From assembly GCF_964188315.1 (NCBI RefSeq), contig NC_135658.1, positions 75,702,001 to 75,766,000 of the forward strand: a stretch of DNA of 64,000 nucleotides. Direction: 5' to 3'. The notes below the pieces were generated by a model. That model did no database searches and was not told where the DNA came from. It worked only from the letters and a program-made list of their open reading frames with translations. A program made the translations under genes and the position numbers. The DNA is from Podarcis muralis. Lineage: Eukaryota. The first letter of the stretch is position 1. Every line of letters starts with the position of its first letter. This document shows, piece after piece, positions 50,227 to 60,787 of the stretch.

Positions 50227-51962
50227 GTATGATTTGTGGGTAATGTCTATGAATAATGAAACTCTCAAGGGTTTTCTACATATGAATGGTGGTGCAGTTA
50301 AAATTCCTGTCTTTTCTGAACATGTTTGCTTCCCCTTTTGGACCTTGGCCTAGTTTTGATGTTTCCCTTTGTGGTAACATAAAGTGAAGGCACTTCCAGA
50401 CTCTTACTAGTTTGGGGTGGGATTCACGTAAAATACCAGCAAATGCAGGTTACACAATTACAGCTGATTCATTGGGAGGTTTTGCGCAACAATCCTGCTC
50501 CCCCCAAAAGAAGGATTTTTTGCAATAAGTAAAGTCATAGGAAAATGTGTTAGGAAAGGGTGAGATAACATTTTCTTTGACATAGTGCTATCTAATCTCT
50601 CTGAAAACAATAGGAATGAATTTTCAATGAACACGTCACCTGGAAGCACCCTGAGAAAACGTTAATGTGGATACAACACGTTCATTATAGCAAAATACAT
50701 TTTTAAAAATGTTTCATTAAATGTGCATTAAGTTAGTTAGTTAAGTTTTTTTATTATTATTTTACTCGATTTAGGGAAGGGGCAGCTGTCTGGTCAACTC
50801 CATTCCACATTTCAATATTTTAATTTCTGCAATGCCATTTAATCGCAGTTTAAAGGACGCAATGCTAACAATCTGCTTCCAATATATGAAGCACTGAAGC
50901 AATCAAGATCTGTTTTCCTGCTCTTATTGCATGATTTGTACACGGGAAATAGAAATAGGGAAGAAATACCAGATTCTCCATTTATTCTGTTGGAATGCAT
51001 GAGACTTGGAGAGGCTAGACAAAACACATTGCAGCCGATGACTGTCACAAATGCCTGGCTTCACCCAAACACCTTGCGCCACTCTGAATAAAAAATACAA
51101 GCAACTCGTCTGTTTTCTCGTTGCTTTTGCCCTAGAGAACTTCGTACAGAATGGCTTTATGTTTTCAGTGTCAAAACCAGGCCAGATTCCAAAAGGGGAA
51201 GCAAACGCGTTCAGAACAGACAGGTACATTTTAATTGCACAATGTCAATAGTCAAGTCTCAGGCTTTTGTGTTCAGGCATAAACTAACACGGCAATCCCC
51301 TATTGCCAGAGATTCCCAAACTGTGATCTGCAGACCACAAGCAGCCTGTGAGCTTCATTCAGGTGATCTGCAATTACTACATTCCTTTTTTTAAAGTTCT
51401 TTGGTTCCACTTTTCCTTGTACATTCAAGGTAACTGACAAAAGATGTAATGCAATGCAGTAGAAACCAGTAAGCTCTATATTTTGACTCTGTGTGCTCCA
51501 AATGAGGTTGCCCAACTGTGCATGTGCAGTGCAGACTGAAACGTACACACCACCGCTTAACTGTGTATTTCGGTTTTAAACCGGACGCAAGCTGGTTTGA
51601 AAGGAAATGCATCAAACAACAGTGTTTCTCAAAAAGCTACAAGATACAGATGGATTGCGGTTCATGTCATGTGTACTTGACTTTAAACACCAGAGGTGGA
51701 AGCGTGCTGGAGCCAGCGTAAATGGTAATGTGTACACAGCCTTTGTGTCTCAAAAACATCTTCTCTCAACATCCTTTCTTCCTTCATAATTGTATATCAG
51801 GGATGGGGAGCTCATGACCCTCTAGATATTGGACTACATATAGACTGTGGCTGATGGGGAACCCAACAGCTTCCAGAGGTCCATGGGTTAACCACCACTA
51901 TGTAGATGGCCAAAGGATGACCTGGATTCACTTTTGTAATCCCCACCCCCATTTATTTCCAG

Positions 51963-52137
51963 GTTATGTTTACTGCTGCTGAGTTGGGAGTATTTGACCT
52001 TCTTTTGGAATCAGGCAAACTCATGCCATCAACAACTATTGCTGAACGTCTGGGCACCAGCTTCACTGGGATGGAGAGGCTGTTGGATACCTGTGTGGGC
52101 TTAAAGCTCCTGCGAGTGGAGAGGACGGGCAGCCAAG
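51963..52137 (+). CDS. ASMT: ASMT-like exon 2 (dimerisation domain)
   Basis: VMFTAAELGVFDLLLESG...GMERLLDTCVGLKLL; acceptor ttccag, donor G|GTAACC; 175 nt. Confidence 0.95.
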
Positions 52138-52909
52138 GTAACCACATTGGAAGGAGGAAGCAACTCAAGTTGTTTCGAAATTCTGACTCACTTGTAGCTG
52201 AAGATGACTGTTTTCAGCCATCTTATCTGCTAAAGTGTACAATGGTGCCATCAGGACGCAACTTCAGGACAGATGCCCAAATGGAGCAGGTCTACCATAA
52301 CTGGAAGCAAATGAAGTCATGAACATTGCCATCTAAATAAGGGAGACACCTAAGAACCTAGAGACGCAGGAAGCTAATATTGGTCTATCTAGCTCAGTAT
52401 TGTCTCCACTCTGACTGGCAGTGGTTCTTCAGGGTTTCAGACGGGGTCTTTCCCAGGAGGGCTCGTGAAAGGGGTGCACATGCCAGCAGGGGCCCCCAGA
52501 CTTTTTTTAAAAGGAAAACCGGACGTTTCTGAAGAAAGTTAGAGCACAAAATGCAGAGGTAGCTCTAATGCTTCAGCACTTGGCAGGCAGCACCATTGCT
52601 GAGGATGCTTGATTACTTCATCACTGTTATTATCAGAGGCAGGAATGTTGAGCACCCTCACCTGGGACTCTCCTAGCGTAGCAGAAGACAGAGGAGGATG
52701 CAGGGGCAGGAGGATGTTTGTTAAAGCTCTGCCTGGAAGCACCTTGAAACACAAAGTACTCCGGCTAAAATCTAAGTTGTATTTTCTTAAATAATAAGCT
52801 TTTGAGCTCACCCATTAGGAAATGAAATGGAAATAACTGTCATCACAATTATAGCTAGTGAACTTGATGCTTTGCTCTTTTCTGAAGAATTACTAGTTTG
52901 TGTAGTTCC

Positions 52910-53037
52910 AGTTACAGATGGGTAGCCGTGTTGGTCTGCCATAGTCAAAACAAAAAAAATTCCTTGCAGTAGCACCTTAAAGACCAACTAAGTTAGTTGG
53001 TCTTTAAGGTGCTACTGCAAGGAATTTTTTTTGTTTT
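52910..53037. mobile_element. Penelope-like terminal fragment with a perfect 45-bp inverted repeat
   Basis: Arms 52947-52991 and 52993-53037 are exact reverse complements around a single G. Confidence 0.75.
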
Positions 53038-53212
53038 AGTTTGTGTAGGAAAGGGATGTTCACTTGGCTTCATCTCACTACTTTCAGGGCTTTAGATCAT
53101 TTATTTGTGAGTTGTTGCTTCAGACATTTTGTTCACACAGTTGCAGTTAGGGAGAAAAACTTGCCTTCTACAAAGGTGTGAAAACGTTGATTCCTTTGTT
53201 CCCTTCTATCAG

Positions 53213-53342
53213 CTCTTTATGGAAGCACAGAGTTTTCCAATCTCTACCTTGCTGAATCGAGCCCGAAGTCTCAGTATCATCATATGATGTTCTTCTCTGA
53301 AATCACATTTCTGAATTTGAACTACTTGACAGATGCAGTGAG
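53213..53342 (+). CDS. ASMT: ASMT-like exon 3
   Basis: ALYGSTEFSNLYLAESSPKSQYHHMMFFSEITFLNLNYLTDAVR; donor AG|GTAAGA; 130 nt. Confidence 0.93.
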
Positions 53343-53347
53343 GTAAG

Positions 53348-53351
<4 letters not shown>

Positions 53352-53379
<28 letters not shown>
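53352..53379. repeat. (GT)n microsatellite beside the exon 3 donor
   Basis: Direct read. Confidence 0.9.
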
Positions 53380-53381
<2 letters not shown>

Positions 53382-53713
53382 TAGCTCTGTGTACTCATGT
53401 AGAAAATGGCTCTGTGCAATGAAATGCTGAACTGCCTTTGGAAGATGATTGCCATGAGGAAAGTCAAGATGTCAGCTGTTGAAAGTGATAAAGCTAAGAC
53501 TGTGTAGACATTTTTAGCTTAAAATGCATCTAAAGTTGTTCTTTTTCTCAATTCAGATAAAAGCTGGCTTGGGAAAGAACCCCGTGATTTTTACAGCTAC
53601 AGTTTAAAAGTGTTACTCAGACTCTGGTCTCTGGCTGTTTCTGGACTCCAATTCCCATCTTTCCTTGCTAGCAAGACCAGTGGTCCGGAATGATGGGAAC
53701 TATAGTCCCAAAA

Positions 53714-54075
53714 TGCGGGGACGCGGGTGGCGCTGTGGGTAAAAGCCTCAGCGCCTAGGGCTTGCCGATCGAAAGGTCGGCGGTTCGAATCCCCGCGGCG
53801 GGGTGCGCTCCCGTTGCTCGGTCCCAGCGCCTGCCAACCTAGCAGTTCGAAAGCACCCCCAGGTGCAAATAGATAAATAGGGACCGCTTACTAGCGGGAA
53901 GGTAAACGGTGTTTCCGTGTGCAGCTCTGGCTTGCCAGAGCAGCGATGTCACGCTGGCCACGTGACCCGGAAGTGTCTCTGGACAGCGCTGGCCCCCGGC
54001 CTATAGAGTGAGATGGGCGCACAACCCTAGAGTCTGTCAAGACTGGCCCGTACGGGCAGGGGTACCTTTACCTTT
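53714..54075 (+). mobile_element. Sauria SINE, distinct subfamily, nested in a hairpin MITE
   Basis: Diagnostic differences (AAAAGCCTCAGCGCC, GCACCCCCAGGTGC, CTTACTAGCGGG); 13-bp TSD TATAGTCCCAAAA at 53701-53713 and 54076-54088. Confidence 0.9.
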
Positions 54076-54249
54076 TATAGTCCCAAAACAACTGGCAACC
54101 CAAGTCTGGGAAACACTGGTTTAAAACAATACATGTAATCGTTTGTGCAATGTATTCTGTTTTCAGGTGGTGGTGGGGAACATCTGGAATTTTCTTTGGT
54201 CATCATGCTACCTAATTTTCATTCAATTGAAACAAATTTTCTGTTTCAG

Positions 54250-54318
54250 GCAAGGAAAAAGCCCACTTGGGAAAATATATGGCGATTCATCTAGCAATTT
54301 ATTTGATGTCATTTTTAG
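54250..54318 (+). CDS. ASMT: ASMT-like exon 4
   Basis: (R)QGKSPLGKIYGDSSSNLFDVIFR; acceptor tttcag|G, donor AG|GTAAAA; 69 nt, phase 2/2 as expected; sequence strongly diverged. Confidence 0.82.
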
Positions 54319-54376
54319 GTAAAAGCAGGGTTTTGTTTTTTTTAGAGGCGGGAGTTCTTACCTTTGAGGAAATGGG

Positions 54377-55178
54377 TGTTTGCTTGGACAGGCGGAGTCC
54401 CCCCAACCCCAGGCGACCCCCGAGTGGAATAATGACTCAAGACAACGTGCTATGGGATTAAAACTGGCCACAACTTTATTAAGTTTCAGATGTAGGGAGA
54501 CCTTGGCTCAGGCATTGGGCGTTTATCCTTCCCAGTCCCCAGCTGGGGATCTGGGAGACATCAGTGTTATCCAGAGTGTGTGGGGATTGGGCTGGCTCTG
54601 GAGAACATATGTTCAAGCAGAGAGCCCTCCCCCCGTTTCGCTGCCGTTGGAGGGGAGAACAATGACAACCTCTCGGCGTATGGCCAATGCCTCCCCTCAA
54701 CGGGGAACCCTGTATCACCGCCGCAAGGGGGGTGTGGGTCACTGGTTCATGCCCCGCCCCATTTAGGAAGATAAAGGATTCCGCCCAAGGCCTGAAACTG
54801 CCAAAGTTGTGACGTTTTGCTACGGGAAAGGCAAAACCTGCCAGTGCAGGAAAATTCCTTTCTGGCCCTGACGTAGCAGCACCAGCGCACCTGTGGAGAA
54901 GAGGTTAATCTGCAAAAGAAGACTTAACTGAGGGAGGGCAGGGTGGGAGAAGCTCTGGAGCCGACTGACGCTTCACAGGTAAGATTCACTTTCTGTTGTG
55001 TGGGCAGGGTGGTCCCTCCCCTTACCTGGCCATTCCCCTGGCAACGCCTCCCCTGGCGGGATTGGGCGATTGGCTGAGGTAGGCGGAGACCTCCAGGTAT
55101 CCAGCCTGGGGAGGATGAAGCCAGCCCAAACTACTAGGAGTCGCACTGGGATCTGGGGGGGCTTCGCTTGACAACACA
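54377..55178 (-). mobile_element. Putative LTR-like insertion (boundaries uncertain)
   Basis: Abrupt GC-rich block starting TG and ending CA, with AATAAA on minus (CTTTATT near 54474); no clean TSD found. Confidence 0.35.
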
Positions 55179-55251
55179 AAAGGCACCCCCCATTTGATGT
55201 GGGGAGCGGTCATTCTTGTCAGACTGAACAATTGTGCAATTGTAGGAAACA

Positions 55252-55642
55252 TCTCTGGGAAACGATGCCTTATGAGGAACAGCTAAGGGAGCTGGGCATG
55301 TTTAGCCTGGAGAAGAGGAGGTTAAGGGGTGATATGATAGCCATGTTCAAATATATAAAAGGATGTCATATAGAAGAGGGAGAAAGGTTGTTTTCTGCTG
55401 CTCCAGAGAAGCGGACACGGAGCAATGGATCCAAACTACAAGAAAGAAGATTCCACCTAAACATTAGGAAGAACTTCCTGACAGTAAGAGCTGTTCGACA
55501 GTGGAATTTGCTGCCAAGGAGTGTGGTGGAGTCTCCTTCTTTGGAGGTCTTTAAGCAGAGGCTTGGCAACCATATGTCAGGAGTGCTCTGATGGTGTTTC
55601 CTGCTTGGCAGGGGGTTGGACTCGATGGCCCTTGTGGTCTCT
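55252..55642 (+). mobile_element. CR1 LINE, short 3' fragment
   Basis: [26 protein letters not shown]...HMSGVL* and ATTCTATG tail. Confidence 0.95.
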
Positions 55643-55935
55643 TCCAACTCTATGATTCTATGAATGTGCATACTATCCAGACGTCCTCCATTGGCCCCCT
55701 TTCTGGCATTTCTAGTATTTCTCCAGCAGTGCTGGGAACAATGTTTTCAGTGGCCTTTGCCTGGGATTTGCACATCCTGGGCCAATTCTGGTTGGATTTC
55801 AGTCACAACTGGTTAGAGCACTTCAGTCACCCAGACACCATGGGACTGGATGCAATGGGGCTCTTGCAGATGACTTATTTATTGAGCACTTCGGTTGTTA
55901 GGAGCATTCCTGTTTGTCTGGTTGTGGGGAGATTA

Positions 55936-56177
55936 CCGTATTTTCTGCTCTATAAGACTCACTTTTTCCCTCCTAAAAAGTAAGGGGAAATGTGTGTGCT
56001 TCTTATGGAGTGAATGCAGGCTGCGCAGCTATCCCAGAAGCCAGAACAGCAAGAGGGATCGCTGCTTTCGCTGCGCAGCGATCCCTCTTGCTGTTCTGGC
56101 TTCTGAGATTCAGAATATTTTTTTCCTTGTTTTCCTCCTCCAAAAACTAGGTGTGTCTTATAGAGCAAAAAATACAA
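55936..56177. mobile_element. pogo-type MITE with a perfect internal 31-bp hairpin
   Basis: TA+CCGTATTTTCTGCTCTATAAGAC / GTCTTATAGAGCAAAAAATAC; hairpin arms 56035-56065 and 56075-56105. Confidence 0.8.
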
Positions 56178-56422
56178 TGAACATTCTTCCTGCATCTTTC
56201 CTGATTTTCTTGCAGGCTGTTCATACATCCTTCCAGATAATCAGGTTATTCCTTCCACACATTTCAGTTTATTTCCCCATCATTTTCCAAACTGCAAAAA
56301 AAAAATCAGTTTCTTTTTTAAAGTGGGTCTGTTGCACTGGAACATTTTATTTCATTTTAATTCCGTAAAACTGAATTTCCCAGTATGCTCTTCAGTCCCT
56401 CCTGTAAACAATGACAGTATAG

Positions 56423-56500
56423 AGGTGTCATATATAGCTTCAGGTGTCATATATAGCTTCAGGTGTCGTATATAGCTTCAATAAGTCATATATAGCTTCA
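56423..56500. repeat. Minisatellite, about 4 copies of 19-bp AGGTGTCATATATAGCTTC
   Basis: Units start at 56423, 56442, 56461 (one substitution) and 56480 (variant). Confidence 0.9.
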
Positions 56501-56676
56501 GGCCAAGAATTTCCTGAAATCATTCCTTCCGGCACAGCGGTTGACATAGCAATTAGGGCTTCTTCGTGTTTGCCCAGAGCGTGATTGTGTGATTGAGAGT
56601 CAAGCCCTACATTACAAATCAGGCTGCACCTGGGTATTGTTTCTGCTTACCTGCCAAAGTCATTTTGAATCTACAG

Positions 56677-56795
56677 GTCAGAGGGCGAGATGAAAAGGTT
56701 CTCTCAGAGCATGAATTCCAACTGGCATCTGTGCGGCAGAGATGTGATGGCTGCCTTCGATCTTTCTCACTTCCCACTCATTTGCGATTTGGGAG
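56677..56795 (+). CDS. ASMT: ASMT-like exon 5
   Basis: SEGEMKRFSQSMNSNWHLCGRDVMAAFDLSHFPLICDLG(G); donor G|GTGAGT; 119 nt. Confidence 0.95.
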
Positions 56796-57165
56796 GTGAG
56801 TTCCAGACAGGAGCAAGTTAAAAAGGGCTCAGCTGTCTTTCTTTTTCTGCCTGTCAACATCATGTGGGTGTCTTGTGTGTGCCCTATTCTGGAACAGTTT
56901 AGTCATTAACAGCAAAAAGATTCAAAACAAGACCACAAAAATTCCCAAGATGGGTGATAACAAGAAGGAACATATTGTTTCTGCTCTCCTGTTGAAAACA
57001 TCCTTCAATGGTATTACTCTATTTGCCTCCCAGCTGTTTTCTTCTATTAGTTTTCATATGCCAGGACATGTTGAGTAATTTTTTTTGGTCAAGTTCATCC
57101 TCTTGTCCTGCAGCATTCTTCTCCTTGACCTGTCTCTATCTGTTTTGAATCTGTTCATTCTAACC

Positions 57166-57301
57166 TAGTATTTCGCAAACTTGGGTCCCCAGCTGTTTTT
57201 GGATTACAACTCCCATCATCCCTAGCTAGCAAGACCAGTGGTCAGGGATGATGGGAATTGTAGTCCAAAAACAGCTGGAGACCAAAGTTTGGGAAACACT
57301 G
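57166..57301. mobile_element. Hairpin hAT-like MITE
   Basis: Ends (C/T)AGTATTTCGCAAACTT / AAGTTTGGGAAACACTG; internal ACAACTCCCATCATCCCT / AGGGATGATGGGAATTGT palindrome. Many degenerate relatives occur in the window. Confidence 0.75.
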
Positions 57302-57786
57302 GCTCTGTCTCCTCCCCAAACTTGACATCGAGGGTTATCCTTGCTAATCATTTCTGCTTATCCTTATTCTACCTGCAGTCTTTCCCCCGCCCTCCTTGTA
57401 CGCAATGAATTGTGGTTGCTTTCCCATGGTAATATCCCAATCTTATAGTTTGATTTTGAAATGTTCTATTCTATGCTATGCTACTCCAAGCTATTATGTT
57501 ACGGTGGGGAGAGAATATGGATGCCATAAATAAATAATAAAATATTGCTCCATTGTATTGTGTTCACATATTTTGATCTGCTTATATCCTGAATAATCTG
57601 TGGCACAAGTTCAATCCTGTCAAGTCCTTGAAGCTACTCAGGTGGTGATGTGTGTCCCTGCCTATGAAACGGTTGGAGAGGCACTTACCTGAGGTGATGT
57701 CCTGATATTTTGCACAGGAGTGTTTGAAAGAAGCTTTGAGATGCACAGAAGTTTTCATTTTTGTTTTTCCTTGTTCTCCCTTGAAG

Positions 57787-57927
57787 GAAGTGGCTGCGGC
57801 TTGGCTAAAGAATGCATTGCAATGTATCCAAACTCTACGGTGACCATTTTCGACTTACCCAATGTGGTGGAAATGGCAAAGAAGCATTTCGTATCCCCAG
57901 AAGAACACCGGATTACTTTCCATGAGG
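57787..57927 (+). CDS. ASMT: ASMT-like exon 6
   Basis: (G)SGCGLAKECIAMYPNSTVTIFDLPNVVEMAKKHFVSPEEHRITFHE(G); donor G|GTAACT; 141 nt. Confidence 0.95.
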
Positions 57928-58036
57928 GTAACTGTGGTTTGTTTTGATGTGTCATTACCAGGGATACCATTTTCTAGGGGCTGAGCCCTCCCCCCCATAT
58001 TTTTGGGGAGGGGGCCGGGATTCTCCCATGTTCAAA

Positions 58037-58307
58037 GGAGGAGGAGGAGGAAGAAGAAGAGAATAATAATAATTTGGATTGGATATCCCGCTTTATCACT
58101 ACCCGAAGGAGTCTCAAAGTGGCTAACATTCTCCTTTCCCTTCCTCCCCCACAACAAACACTCTGTGGGGTGTGTGGGGCTGAGAGACTTCAGAGAAGTG
58201 TGACTAGCCCAAGGTCACCCAGCAGCTGCATGTGGAAGAGCGGAGACGCGAACCCGGTTCCCCAGATTACGAGTCTACCACTCTTAACCACTACACCACA
58301 CTGGCTC
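58037..58307 (-). mobile_element. Squam3-like SINE
   Basis: Same family as 22583-22837. Confidence 0.88.
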
Positions 58308-59223
58308 AGGTAGAGGAGGAGGTGGAGGCGGAGGAGGCTAAGCACCTCACAGCTCCAGTGACTAATTCCTTCTCCTCCTCTACCTGTTGCGGAGAGGAAG
58401 GAGCAGAGAACCAGTTGTGGTGGTGGGAAGAGGAGGAGGACCCCCGCCCCCAGACATTGAAGCTGCACTGCCACCATGTTTGGCTCCTCCCCGGCTCCTC
58501 CCAATGTCTTGACATCACACGTTCGACGTTGGGACATTGCCCCCTCCATTCTCGCTCGCATAGATGCCAACTCCCCGGGACCTTGGGTGCCCAAGCACCC
58601 ACAAAATTACCCATGAAGGGGCTGGGCACCCGCAAATTTCAGTGCCAGGGCCATGCACACTGCATGTCACCCACAGTAACAGGGCCAAGCTGGCACTCCT
58701 GTTCCCTCAAAAGTTGGCACCTCAGATCATTAGATCATCTTGGAAAAGAAAGGAGGTATGGGTAGACCTGAAACATCCCATACCTTATTATTCACCTACT
58801 AGAGAGTAAAATGGATTCAGAACAAAATCCAAGTGTGGTTGTGCTTTGAGCGGTGAATTCTGCTTCATAATTCTGCTTAATCCTTTTGTGTTAGATAATA
58901 GTCATATCCATGCCTTACATTTAAATCTCTCTTTTACCACTCTAACAGTCGAAGAGTCCTGGGAGCTTGGTTTGTTAAGGCTGCTGATCTTACATAACTT
59001 CAGTTCCCAGGCACTCTTAGCAAACTGTGGCGCCCAGAACTCTTTGAGGGGAAGAATGTCCTTTGAACGTGCCTTGAAGTTATGGTATGTAAAAAGCCTT
59101 AGAAATCAAGAATGACATATTCTGCTAGCACCAGCTTTATAACCAGGGTATTTTTGAAGGGTAGAGCTCAACTATTTAATTGAACCCCTTGCTTTAATTT
59201 ACCATCTACCCATTTTATTACAG

Positions 59224-59346
59224 GGGATTTTTTTAAAGACCCAATTCCGGAAGCTGACCTCTATATTTTGGCTAGAATCCTGCATGACTGGGACGACGAG
59301 AAGTGTGTGCAGCTGCTAAGCAGACTCCACAAGGCCTGCAAGCCTG
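59224..59346 (+). CDS. ASMT: ASMT-like exon 7 (catalytic His-Asp)
   Basis: GDFFKDPIPEADLYILARILHDWDDEKCVQLLSRLHKACKP(G); donor G|GTACGT; 123 nt. Confidence 0.96.
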
Positions 59347-60787
59347 GTACGTGTGTTTATAAGGCGGGACTGGCCAAAACTGCAGCTGTGGTTGGCAATA
59401 AGTGCATACCCTCCAACATTTCTCTGTTGAAAATAGGGACGTCCCATTCCATAATGATAATTTTACTATTTATACCCCACACATCTTACTGGGTTGCCCA
59501 GGCCACTCTGAGCAGCTTTGAATATATATAATAACATAATAAAACATTAAACATAAAAAACCCTTCTCTAGACAGGATTGCCTTCCGATGGCTATCGGGT
59601 TGGATAACTCCATACCCGCCAACATTTCTCCAATGAAAATAGGGACGTCCTAAGGAAAAGTGGGGCATTCTGGGATCAAATCAGAAACCAGGACAGCTTC
59701 TCTAAATCAGGGGTGTCCCTGGAAAATAGGGACACTTGGAGGGTCTGTAAGTGAGCCAGAGCTCACTGTATGCATTGCCTACAGAAAGGTTTTAAAACAT
59801 GTCTTGGATTGGGTCAAGGTTGGGGTTTCACTTGTAGGTGCTTTGAGTGTCCTGGATGAACAGAAAAAGTGGGACTGAAATGTTTTCAAAAATAAATGTA
59901 GACTTTGGCCCAAAGTTGGGAAACATGTATGTGCACAGTCATGGCTTGGGCCTTGGAACAGATAGCCCCGTTCAAGTCCTAGTTATTCTGAGCAGTCCAG
60001 AGACCAGAGGCCTCAATCATTAACTCATCTGTTGACACATTGGCACCTACAGTGAGATCTCAATGCTTCTGATTATTTTCTGGTGCTTGACGCTCCATCC
60101 CGCTTCCAGTCTGCCACTATAGTCCATTGGCTCCTCCTGCCCAGGATAAGAAAATACCAGTAAGATCTGGGACTTGTAGTTGTTGTTGATGATGATTTTA
60201 TTATTTATACCCCGCCCATCTGGCTAGGTTTCCCCAGCCACTCTGGAGAGAGTGTATATATGATAGGGAGGCATCATGTCTCCCTCTGTAGCTCATACTA
60301 CAAATCTTAGCATTTGCTGCATAAGTGCATTCTTTCTCTTATAAAAGGGCACCTCCATCACAATCTGACTAGAATGTCACTTCTGTATCAGGGAATTAAG
60401 TTTGTCATGTTAAGGTTCTGTTGTTGTCGGTTTTTCTCATGGTAACAAGGTTCCTGTTTCATTTGTGCAACTTGCATTATCAAAATTCAGTGGCTATAGA
60501 AATTGCTGCACCTATTCTGAGCACATTTCAGGCAGGCTACTGGAGCGAAAGTGGTGGGGAAAAGAACATTCTATGAATTATAATTCACAGCCTGCTTTGG
60601 TTGCCACGTAGATCTTCCATTTTTATACAGTAGGGCAACTCAAGGTTAAACTGCTTTTCATTTGACTTGAGCTTCTGATCCCAGGATGCTTGGAAAGATG
60701 AAGCCGAGCTCTTTGAACATGCTGTCTCAAAAGAAGTAATGGTCTATCTTTCGTTTCCCTAACTTAATGAAATATACTTTGAAACAG

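Noticed and set aside
52138-52322. ORF continuing past ASMT-like exon 2
   Set aside because: Homology stops at the G|GTAACC donor; the rest is chance intronic read-through.
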